From Catajapyx aquilonaris (lineage: Eukaryota), in the NCBI GenBank assembly GCA_000934665.2, contig KZ538562.1, positions 1 through 61,739 on the forward strand: 61,739 nt of DNA, in the 5' to 3' direction. A model generated the notes under the pieces. It was not told where the DNA came from. It made no database searches and saw only the letters and a program-made list of their open reading frames with translations. A program made the translations under genes and the position numbers. Each line of letters opens with the position of its first letter. The stretch's first letter is position 1. Below, piece after piece: positions 1 through 11,409 of this stretch.

Positions 1-347
1 CTCGCACATTTATGGAAACATGTTTAAGGGGTCGCAGTTGGTAAAAGGTTGGACACCACTGCTCTAGATTAGAGTTAAACTCCCTTCACATTACATCCCT
101 GTTCCCAATGGAATTATTCCGATCCACAAATATCTTTTTACTGGAGTTCAAAAACCCTGAATGGAATTTAGCACATGAAGCATTGTTCCATTGTGCCCTA
201 TTGTCTCTCAATTTCTTCAGTATACCTTGGTGCAAGCACCATGCCAGCTTATCTGGCTGGCCAACATGCCTTCCGGGTTCAATGACATGAAACATGAAAC
301 ATATACATTTCATCTTTCTTGGCCTCCTTCTGCCTGGTCTTCATCTA

Positions 348-1006
348 CAGGGTGATCGAAAAAGAATGCACCGATTTTAAAACCCTATAACTCGAAATCT
401 TGTAGACATATCTAAATGATTTCAGTTTTGGCCTCACCTTAGTTTGTTTCAATATGAGATTCATTTGTTGATCAGCAGATAAAAACAGACGGTATTCGGT
501 CTCGTGACCAACTCGCTCAATCCTAGCTCGTAGTTGCTGGATATCTCGAATCTTTACACCACACACATTGTTCTTGATGATTCAAATAAAAAAGCCGCCT
601 CATCCATGAAGCAAACCTGCCTCAGAAAAGTTTCATTTGTTCAGCCACCCAGTGCACGAAGTCTTGAATAAGAAGTTTCCCCATGCCTAGCCCCCCTCAG
701 AAGCCCAGATCTTACCCCGATTGACTTTTGTCGAGATACATGTATGGTGAAGAGATTTGGCATCTCACTCACCTATGGGAAAAGATTTCAACGGTAACGC
801 CAGACATGCCTGAGCGGGTTAGGCAAGACACCGATTACCATTCTTGCATTTGCCAAGTGACAAATTGAGCTCATATCGAAACAAACTATGGTGAGACCAA
901 AACTTAGACATTTCTTCACATTTCAAAACTTATATCATATAGATATGTCTACAAGTTTTCGAGTTATAGGGTTTTTAAATCAGCACATTCTTTTTCGATC
1001 ACCCTG
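348..1006. mobile_element. Tc1/mariner-type deletion derivative
   Basis: About 65-bp TIRs cagggtgatcgaaaaagaatg, TA TSD, internal remnant encoding RSPDLTPIDF (about 698-730). Confidence 0.9.
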
Positions 1007-1074
1007 TATCAACGACACTGTTACTGTGCATATTTCCAGATCTTTCTCTCTGTGTCTATGAATGCCCTCTACTA

Positions 1075-1381
1075 CAGTAGAACCCTGATTATCCGACCGT
1101 CCCACTCCAGCAATAAAGCTATGTTTTCTTATCAAATACTGTAATGTTCTACGCATTTGTTTGTCTTGCCTTACTTAAATTGTAAATGCAGTACAATAGG
1201 GTGTGTGTGTGTAAAAGAAAAATACTTCACTATTTCTTAGAAACCCATAATATTGTACGTTATTTCACGTTTTTTTTTGTTTTGTTTTATTCCAGTTTTT
1301 TTACTTCTCGGATTACCTGACCATTTTGATTATCCGACGATGCCCCAGTCCCGTGGGTGACAGATAATCAGGGTTCGACTG
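1075..1381. mobile_element. pogo/Tigger-like MITE
   Basis: TIR cagt(a/c)gaaccctgattatc, TA TSD. Confidence 0.85.
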
Positions 1382-4176
1382 TACATGTAACTGCCACATG
1401 CAATGAAAGCAAAAAATCCAACGCCCACAACTGTTACCAACTCGTAACATTGCAAATTAAAGCTTAAAAAGCAGAGTACCCAGGAATTACGATTGAAAAT
1501 CAAATTACTTATGCACTCAGACGTCAACAAAAACAATGAAAAAGGGTAGTTAACCTATAAGAATATAGTGGAGTCCTGCAATAAAAATAAGTCTTGGATT
1601 TGTTACAATTATTTTTTTATTAATATTAATATGTTCAATCCGTGGTGGCTTAGTGTGCACACATTTTTCAGCAATATCATGAATCTCAACTGTTTCATGT
1701 CATTTTTGTTAGCAAGAAGTATGCAAATCTAAAAATAGGACTTCCATGAATATTTAAATGATAATTGTTAGGTTCCAGGTGCTTTCTGGAGCAGTTTGGA
1801 AAAAGTGAAGAAACTGCAAAAATTTGGGCCTCTCGAGGCCTGTTTTTAAAAACCTTAGTTTCACACTTTCACAACGTGCACTAAAAATTATAGAGATCAC
1901 TACATAATCAATCTTGGGAGATATCCTTTGATAGTGCATGTAAATCTGAGCCAATACATTGATGATGCTATTCCTAATCTCTATTACAGTCGTAAGCAAA
2001 AATTATTAACAAAATTATAACAAAGCTTCCACTCTTCACTATGATTACAAAAGGCAAAGCTTGTTAGTCCAGATTTGGTTGCCAGTGGCAACTGATTACT
2101 ATCGCAAGCTGTTTCTATGGTTTCAACAATGATTGACTGTTGCTGATACCATGGACACGGGCCATGCAAAGTTTGTCCAGGTTTCAGTTGTTGCCGTGGC
2201 AATGTCAACACAGCACCATTCAGGCATTATTGCCATGGTATCATCAACGCAATACCATGCCAACAATGCCTTTCAACAATATCAATAGTGCCATGGCTCC
2301 AATAATGATTGTTGTTACATTACCATGGAAACACTGTGCACGCGGAACAAGTTCCACTGCAAGTTGATAATAAAAGTACAGTTGTTTAAAGGCACATGTG
2401 ACTTTCCAATGTGTGCTTTCAAGTCACCACTTACCACTCAGTCCGAGTATTCCATTTCTCCTAGGTGTATACTGGGGCAGAGGAAATTGCCACTTTTCTT
2501 GTAACTAAAACATGGCTGTGTAGTTCCACCTGCACAGGTCACCAAGTTTTTGGCCACAGATTTACTTGCCAACTCATTGTGAAAGTGCCATTTCACTTAT
2601 CCTACCCCTATCTGTCTCCTGAGCTAACGGCCAGTTAACAGGTGCACTTGTAAAGGCTTCCCATGGACTTCAAATCATCTGGAATTGATTACGACATTAA
2701 TAAAGGCATGTCAACAGCATCCCTTCGCATCTAGCTTCAGTCAGGCTCCAGTTAACACAGCCTAACCTCCACACGCATGAATTGTGCAAAGTGTGACTCT
2801 TAGTGCCAGTTAGATCAGATCACTCTTCCATATATCCACACCATACTTATCCTTCGCACGATCCACTATGCCCTTCAGTCAACTTACACTGTATCTCTAC
2901 GAAAAATCCTCCCTGCGCCACAGAGCTGCTAGGCCTAGTACCTTTCGTATAAAGGTGTTCGAACACATATTGCCGGCGGACGTTTCCTTCCCTTTCACGG
3001 CTACCAGAAGCCTATTTTCACTTCTCATTCGCCTCCCAACATACCTGTCATGTTATCCTAGGTAAAACCGGCAATGCAGAAGCAGATCTACATGCGCTGG
3101 CACTCGGAAGAAAAGCTGCAATCGGTTCCCGGCAAGGATCAAGCCTACACGAGGTACACCCAATGGATGCTTTCTACTGGTTCCACTGGCCACTGCTGCG
3201 GAATGGGTGGGGGGTTTGAAACGTCCGGTATATTTCCTTTATATTTTAATTATACATTTTCTTTTTTTTCGGCGTATAATTTATGTTATATGCAGATTTA
3301 CTGCTTTATACGTTAAAAATTTGGTTTTAAGAGTTATCTGGGCGCGTTTTCATTTCAGCCCTTAGGATTACAACATCCGTGACGTCATCTGTGAGAAATG
3401 AAAATGAGGTTTTTAAAATGTGTAATTATGACGGATTATGACTTGCTTATAGACCCAAACACATTAAATAAAATATGCCAATATAATCTGGCATTGGCAT
3501 GGTCATTGCTGTGCTATAAATAGAGAATTTGACTTATTGTGATACACCGTGATACACATGGTATAGAATAAAAACTCACCCTACTTTTCCGTTGCCACGC
3601 CTGCTCTACTTTTTCTCTCCACCGTCAGATGTCAGGAGCTGCCACCACGTCCCTGAAACGGCCTGAAATGTCCTGCCATACTAATAATAAAAATATAACA
3701 TGCTGTCTACGAGAAAAGAATTATGCAAAATGTAATATTGTAAATGAATGTAGTATTGTACTGGTAGTTTATTGGCACTAATGCTACTCTCGATCAACAT
3801 AACAGCGATAGCCGCGATCGCAGTTATAATGCTCCTATTATATGATAAGACCGGAGAAGAGCAGAAGACACGGATTTCTAAAGAAGATCCCGGTCAAAGT
3901 ATGCCTAAAAGCAAGTCTTATAAAAACGTTATGAATTTAATTTGGGTGAATGACACTGCTCTACTTAGCTATAACTCACAGCATTTGCTATTCTTGAATG
4001 TTATTAGTAAATAGCGTTTAGTCCACATGAAAATATATTTTGAGCAAACTGCCAGATGAGGAACATGTTCTGCAAGTGATGGAGTCACTTTTAACTATGG
4101 TCCACAGTCCACATTAGTTGTCACTTTTACAGCTGGGTAGTGTAGAGGTCAAGAGGGAGAACCCCTTGCAGCCAGG

Positions 4177-4431
4177 ATGAATATTAGGATTTGTGCCAGA
4201 TTAATGAACACTGTGACCTGTTGGCCAGTCAGAGGCCGGTGGAGAGAAGTTGTGAACCAAATTATTCAGGTGGGACCTGTGCCTAGGCGACTTTCGATGC
4301 CTGTACCCATCTCAAGTCAGCGCTTCTTGTGCACGGAGAAGGAGGCACCCATCACGGACCGGGAGATAAAAGAGAGCCTGGACAGCATTGGGAACAGCTT
4401 CAGCGAGGCACTTGATTTGCTATCGGATGCT
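4177..4431 (+). CDS. Uncharacterised small helical protein, coding exon 1 of 3 (join 4177-4431, 5370-5508, 9413-9480; 153 aa), Arg-rich N-terminus resembling a mitochondrial presequence
   Basis: ATG at 4177, upstream acceptor tttacag ending 4132, donor GCT|gtgaga at 4432 (phase 0). Joins in frame to the next exons. Confidence 0.8.
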
Positions 4432-4714
4432 GTGAGACTTTTATACTTTCTAGACTGGATCACTGGAATAATATGATATGGTTATTATCAGAAACAGGAG
4501 CAATAAATAATATGTGTGTCTGTCAATGCATGCTTCATTCTTGTGAATAGCTTTTGAAATGGCCTGTAAATAGGATGTCTTCGCTTGTTTTGTTACTGTT
4601 TCATGCCCCTTCACTCCTGTCATGTTGATGTTACAGGTTTTACTGTTGGACATATTTGATTGATAACTTGTGCTCCATTAAGGCTGGGTTGCATGACCAA
4701 GAGTAAATCCAGGA

Positions 4715-5175
4715 CAGCCCCCCGCCACTCCCACAATACGGTAGTGTAATTAGAGCAGTGGCAGATCTAGACGTCGTTGTTGGGGGGGGGGGGGGGGGGT
4801 NNNNNNNNNNNNNNNNNNNNNNNNNNNNNNNNNNNNNNNNNNNNNNNNNNNNNNNNNNNNNNNNNNNNNNNNNNGGGGGGGGGGGGGGGGTGATCACCCC
4901 GATCACCCCCCCCTCATAGATCCGCCACTGAATTAGAGTCTCCGGCTTGGTGCTGCCGCAGCCCTACAGGGATCTTATGATTCGGGCGGATGCCTGAACC
5001 AACCCAAACCATTCTTTACACTGCAGCTGGGTCCGGAGGGCATACGCGGATCACCAGTCAGCCACCCAAATCGTAAGATCCCTGTGGGGCCAAGCCAGCG
5101 CCAAATTCCAGGCTGGCGATGACTCTAATTGAACTACCGTGACCATAGAGCTAGGTTGGGAGTTGCGGGGGGCTG
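4715..5175. mobile_element. hAT-like foldback MITE (family H1)
   Basis: TIR cagccccccgc(c/a)actccca, 8-bp TSD atccagga. Related copy at 37454-37754. Confidence 0.88.
4756..4930. mobile_element. hAT MITE with poly-G core (family H2), nested in H1
   Basis: TIR cagtggc(a/g)gatcta, perfect 8-bp TSD aattagag. Contains an N gap. Confidence 0.92.
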
Positions 5176-5369
5176 ATCCAGGACAAGTTATGAATAATAT
5201 GCTCAACGAACCACTTCTGGATTTACCTTCAATCATGCAATCAGCTGAAAAATAGCATTCAACTTTCTTAATCTAACTTATGGGATGCACCTGCATGTTA
5301 CATACCTACATAACCACAAGGTGTCTTGACCTCTTACATCTCAGTTCTAATGCCTTTTATTTTTTACAG

Positions 5370-5508
5370 CGCTCTTCAATGGGCACAGTCTACTTCAGCG
5401 ATGACATGATGGATGCAGTTGAGCAAGTTAAACGTACTCTAAAGGAGTATGAGGTGTTGCTGTCCCGCTTGGGTGAAGAGAAAAAGGGGATTGTAGTTCG
5501 CGCAATTG
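5370..5508 (+). CDS. Uncharacterised protein, coding exon 2 (RSSMGTVYFSDDMMDAVEQVKRTLKEYEVLLSRLGEEKKGIVVRAIG)
   Basis: Strong acceptor ttttattttttacag|, donor G|gtatgt, phase 0 to 1. Confidence 0.85.
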
Positions 5509-6419
5509 GTATGTGGAAAATCACTAGCCTCTGGCAGCGTCATTGGAGCTTATATGCTGCCAAATCCTTAGAGAACTAAAAGGTGGCACAGTGGTGTGGA
5601 GGTTAAGGCCACAATCTTCCACCTCTGATGTCCTGAGTTTGATCCATTGCATAGTAGGAGAAAGCATGAAAAACTTGGCCAAAATTCAAATTTCTCAACT
5701 TGGCTGAATTGTGAACAAACATGTCATCACACGTACTAATATATGTTATGGACAGCACCTGATTTCCCATTAGGCAGAAGAGGCAATTGCCTAGGGGAGG
5801 CCACAAGCTGGAATAGAGGCAGTTATATCTACTTATTGTGCAGACTCCCTCCAAAATGAGCGTCAGTGTACATTATTTATCTGATTTGGATCCGAGATAT
5901 TTAATTATCTTATTTCCATTGATTTTCATTCAGTGCTTTGGTCTGGCACATAATTTGAAGGTTATCTGAAAATATTTACCTGCTTTTCTGTCTGATTTCA
6001 TCTCCCATGTTGGATTTTACAAATGCACATATTTTTCTGGATTTGAAATCAGTGACTTCAAATAAATACTTAAAAACCCAGGCAACATTTCATATCAATC
6101 CACTAATAAGCAAAATTTTGACCAAGTTTTTTTGATTTTCTCCCACAATATTGATTGGTGGAGAATTTTCTCATATTGTTTGCTCTCTTTGTCCTATTAG
6201 GAGTAGAGGTTTCCGAGTTCCCTCATTTCCTGCCACTTTATAAGAGTGCTCAGCATGTTGATCATGGCTGCTTTCTTTCCTATACCTATGCAGAGCATGA
6301 TTATTTTGTAAGTAACTGCAAATCATGTGACTGAAATGTCCATGTCTGGCAGCTCTCCCTTTTCTACATTTATGTTGCAAGTATTCCTTCACTTATATAT
6401 GGTAGTGAACCGTGGGTTT

Positions 6420-6825
6420 GATCAGATAGGCATAAGAGTAAGGTGTTGGCTACAGAGATGCGTTATCTCTGGGCTGTTTGTGGGGTTACCAAGTTGGATA
6501 GGATTAGGAATGAGGAGATTTTGCAGAGGTGCAATGTTAAGGAGACTGTTAAAAATAAGGTGTGTAGGTCTACTCTAAGGTGGTTTGGCCATGTGGAGAG
6601 GATGAAGGAGGAGGAGATTGTAAGAAGGTTTACTTGGGTGGAGTAGTTGGTAAGAGGGGCAAGGGTAGGCCTAGGAAGACATGGTTGGACCAGGTTGGTC
6701 AGTGTCTTAAGGGTGTTGCTAGTGTTAAGCCGAGACATTCTTGTGTCAATAGGACCATGGACGTGGCTGAGGCTAAGGTTGTTTGTTTGGATAGGTGTAA
6801 ATGGCGTAGGTTAATTAATGGGTAG
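6420..6825 (+). mobile_element. RTE-clade LINE 3' fragment, frameshifted
   Basis: EMRYL..GVTKLDRIRNEEI, LRWFGHVERM, GRPRKTWLD, DR.KWR across two frames. Confidence 0.88.
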
Positions 6826-7592
6826 AATATTCACGGGTTTGTGAGGAATGGCAGTGTCCATTGAATTCTTCCAAATGGCTAGAATGTTTGCAGGTTGGTG
6901 GGAGGAGTTGGCGTCTGGAAGTTCATACTCGGGCTCTGGGTGCTTTGCAGAACTACAAGTTTGGCAAATATCTCTTGCACAGTAATGCATAGGTACACAC
7001 CGGTAGTCATGCTTGCAAGGGTATCTGCCCCTCTCTCTGTCCTGCACAGCGCTTGGAGTTTGAGTGTGGATTTCTGTGTGCTGGTTCTTCTTGCTGGTCT
7101 GTGGGTGTTCTGGTCGCTGGAGGAGAATATTCTAGTCACTTGGAGGAATTTAACAGTTGCTGATTCCTCTTCCGGGGGTGGGGTGGGGGAGGGCACTTGA
7201 TTTCTCAAAGTACCGCATTGCATAATGTAATATTTAAATTTAATATTGAGTGTTTGTCATTTGAGATGGGCAGGGGTGGGGGGCGGGACGGGTTGTTTAT
7301 AGGTTTATTTTTACCAGTTTTAATTTAGTTCATATTTTGGGTTAGCTTGTGGCTCCCGTCATCGCTGACTACCCCTTATAGGGAAATGTCGTGATGGTGT
7401 TGTGGTTGTTGTTTATGTTGCCAAGAGTGACATTTAATTTGTGCAGCATTGGAAACAAGCTAGTTCCAATTTTTGTAACGTATGACAACATATTGCCACA
7501 AATGACTGTCAATAGTCACATCTCCCAGCAACCTAAAAGTGTTTTCTGTTTGGGGTTGAGGCAAAGAAGGGGCAGGGGCTTGGCCAAGCCAA

Positions 7593-9006
7593 TAGTGCTA
7601 GCGGTACACTCGAGAAAAGGGGGAAAAAACGCATTTTGTCAGGCAAGCAAGCCACTTTGCACAGTTGTTCCTTGGACCCATCTATGCGATTTGACCTGCA
7701 GTTCCGTTCGCCAAACCCCTGTGGGTTCGTAGTAGCATTGGAAATAGGGTGGATTGTGGATTTTGAACAATATATATTTTTTTAAATCGGATTTCAGAGC
7801 CAGACACGTTCCAGGTGTCTTTTCCCCACAACTCACATGTGTCCATCACACTGGTGGTGGTCAAATGTCAATCCGATGACCGAAAGTAGCTAAAAGACCG
7901 CCATTTATTAAAAAAAGTGGACATTTCGACATGCCGGCAATTGAACCATGAGATAGGGGTGCGGGGTGTGTATTCGTACGTTTTCGGGGTCGTTGAACAC
8001 GTTGGCAATGTTAGATTTATGTTATCTGCCTTGGGTTGGGTAATAATATTAATACACGTTGTGATGGGGTGTAATATATGTCTTGTCCAAACGTAGGCAA
8101 AGAGCCTGCCAAGGAGTAATTCATGGGAAGGACTCTGCCATCTGAAACGTGAATACTTCTGAAACAAGACAGTACACTAACAACGTTATTCATGCGACGA
8201 AACTCTTGTGATATCACAGGCTTTAGCACCCTGGTTCCCAACCGGGGGGGGGGGGGGGGGGGGGGGGNNNNNNNNNNNNNNNNNNNNNNNNNNNNNNNNN
8301 NNNNNNNNNNNNNNNNNNNNNNNNNNNNNNNNNNNNNNNNNNNNNNNNNNNNNNNNNNNNNNNNNNNNNNNNNNNNNNNNNNNNNNNNNNNNNNNNNNNN
8401 NNNNNNNNNNNNNNNNNNNNNNNNNNNNNNNNNNNNNNNNNNNNNNNNNNNNNNNNNNNNAAAAAAAAAATCATGTTTCCCCCTTTTCCGACAAGTTTTC
8501 AATCCTCAGTTATAAAAACATATATCAAGAAACTCTTGCTGAAATTTATTGGGACCGGGGAGGGAGGGGGGGAGGGGGGGGGGAGTGTTTGGCGAAAACG
8601 AAAAGGGAGGCTTCATGACGAAAAGGTTGGGACCCCTGCTCCAGCCTGAACCTTGCATGAACAGAATACATAGGTACCACAGCAATATGGAGAGGTCCAG
8701 AATGATCCCAAATTTATCCTCCCTATATGCACTGGGCCAGGTCCACTGGATTTTTTTGCAAATAGCGTATGATTATGAGTTGTGGGGAAACGACACCTGG
8801 AACGTGTCTGGCGCGGAAATCCGATTTTTTTAAAAATATTTTGTTCAAAATCCACAATCCACCCTATTTCCAACGCTACTACGAACCCACAGGGGTTTGG
8901 CGAACGGAACTGCAGGTCAAATCGCGTAGGTAGGTCCAAGGAACAACAGTAAAGTGGCTTGCTTGCCTGACAAAATGCGGTTTTTTCCCGTGTACCGCTA
9001 GCACTA
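7593..9006. mobile_element. Non-autonomous DNA element with about 240-bp TIRs and a nested poly-G MITE (about 8217-8648)
   Basis: 7593-7833 is the inverted complement of about 8776-9006 (ends tagtgctagcggtacac). TSD unclear. Confidence 0.85.
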
Positions 9007-9412
9007 CAAGGTTGGTTGGCTGACTAGGAAGGAGCCAAAGCAACTATGGCCATCTAGCTATGAGAAGATGCAGAGGTGGGGCAGATGGAGACAGAAATGA
9101 AGAGAAAAAAGAAGACAGGAAAGACTGGTATCCCTCATGTGATTTGCACTAACCCTATAATTGCACAGGGAGTTAATGAATTCAATCGACAAAATTCTAA
9201 GGGTAATAGAGGGGACCAAAGACAAACATATTTTATATACGAACCCATGTCCAGAAACATGTCTGAGCGACCCTTTCCTTGTCTACTGACCCACTCAACC
9301 ATTCCAGAAAATGAACTGGCAAATGTTTTATCAGGAAAATACCTTTTGAACTGCCAAGAGATATTTAATTAACTAAGGAACTGACCTTCTACATCAAAAT
9401 TTCTTGTTGCAG

Positions 9413-9480
9413 GTCTGAAGATGTTGGAGTTGGAGACACAATTGAAGATGATCAATGACTCAGTTCGTGACAACCCATAA
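9413..9480 (+). CDS. Uncharacterised protein, last coding exon (GLKMLELETQLKMINDSVRDNP*)
   Basis: Acceptor ttcttgttgcag|, phase 1 fits exon 2, TAA at 9478-9480, AATAAA at 9775 and 9853. Confidence 0.8.
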
Positions 9481-10096
9481 AGCTATGGACAAGGAACTGT
9501 TGTTAAAAAGTACCTGACATTTTCATAAATCGCCATGTTGTTAGGATGCTATAACTTATGTACTGTAAAATAATTAAAATGTTCATATCCTTGGCAGAAT
9601 AATGCCTCAGATGGTATCTGATAAAAGAAGCTGACGTGCTGTTCGTCACTATTTGTTACTGCTCAAATGTCTTATGTACAGTACTAATCTATGACTTTTC
9701 ACTGCTGAGCAATTGTCTGCTGGTCAATTTGTGGTGGTATTATTCTAGTTCAAGTGAACAGTTTCAACATTTGAAATAAAATGCAGTTACAATTGAACAG
9801 TTTTAATCTCAAATTAGTTAATTCAATATTGAAGTAAATTGTGAGCGTTTCTAATAAACGTTATGTAATAAGTAATTATTTCATTGCATGAAAAGTTGCC
9901 AGAAGTTTCTTCAACCTTAACATTATTAAGAATGCAATTAGTGTGCCTTCTAAAATACCATGAAACTTGTCTAGAGCAGACTCTAGATATAGTAGAAACT
10001 CATCTACTGTGGAAAATTTTTGACAGGGCTGTTGTTTTTGTTTGTTTGGGTAGGAAGAAGACAAAACAACTCTGGCTATCTCACTAATAGATGATA

Positions 10097-10881
10097 CCAG
10101 TAACTATCAAAAAGTTCCTGGAATGTACCGATTACTAGGCTGCCTTGAGAAGTAGGCAGACATACTTCTAAATGTAACTGCACACATTCATAACAAGCCA
10201 GTTAGCCAAGTGACATTGTACTGTGTATGTCTTACATGTGTCGCATGCACTTTTGTGAACATATGTTTCTTCTTCTCTGTGATCCTGCGATGCTAATTAA
10301 AACGAGAACTGTGCAGGGATCACAAGTTTGAAAATTGGCTTTTTTACTGTGAGAATTGCTATGACAACAACTTCTTTACCTGTTATGAAAGTTGAGTTGC
10401 CATTAACAGTTTCTCCAAGCTCCTGGCACATTCCAAGGCGCTGATGGTCATCACGATTGATTGTCGAATTTTTTGTTTAATTTTCAGCGTTGTGTTGGTG
10501 CATGGTCTTTTCAAGTGCTTGGGACGTTCAACCAACATTTTACCACACTTGAAATGTAATTGCCACTCAAAACACTGTATACGGCTTAATCATCAAAACC
10601 CTGGTGATGCATTCATAGTGTGTCAGTTGAGTATTTTCCAAGCTTCATGAAAAACTTTAGTCATAAGCTTTTGCACGGCCATTGTGGGAGTGCAGAGCAG
10701 CTCTAACACGTGTTCACAAAATCTCATTCAACCTACTTTCAGATGCATGTACCCAGGACAATGCCACTTGGCAGACAAATTATTAGGATAGTGTGCAGTT
10801 ACACTTAGAAGAGCATCTGTCTACTCCTCTTGGTAGCAGAGTGATTGGTCTTACATTCCAGGAATTTTTTGATAGTACAGA
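10097..10881 (-). mobile_element. Degenerate mariner element
   Basis: TIR actatcaaaaa(g/a)ttcctggaatgta. Internal minus-strand remnant KFFMKLGK.. resembling a mariner HTH. Confidence 0.75.
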
Positions 10882-11409
10882 TATAATGATGTACAAGTGG
10901 AGAGAGAAGCACGGAAATGTGGTCTGTCTCCTACTCCTTGAATACCTTTCTAGCTTGGGTGACCCTACCAGTAAATTGATAAAATTGAAGACCTGATAGC
11001 AAAAAGGGCAGATGTCAATGATGGATAGTTTCGAGAAAACAAAGAAAAACTTCCCTGCTTCCCATGCAGCCAGGTGATATTATTCTATTATCATTATATT
11101 ATTTCTACCAGACTACTGCCATTTTCACGGAATGGAATTTGTGGGGACCTCCGCATTGCTACTGACTACCACTTGGCGTCGCTATCTGCAATTTGCATTT
11201 TTCATGACATCTGCCCTTTTTGCTATCAGGTCTTCAATTGTTCTTGACTTTTGTCAGAGAAAGAGACGTATAATGTGTAAATGCAAAGAATTTTTAGGCA
11301 TGTCAGTAAGAAAATTCCTGGATGTATCATAACCCTCTGGTCACTACGTGTGTATTATACCTAGTTAGGAGAAAAATTCATATCCTATTCGAAGGTTAAA
11401 ATAATAATA

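Noticed and set aside
86..345. Possible minus-strand exon or LINE endonuclease remnant
   Set aside because: Stops in all plausible frames and no motif I can support.
8017..8618. ORFs containing X runs
   Set aside because: Artefacts of N gaps and poly-G tracts.
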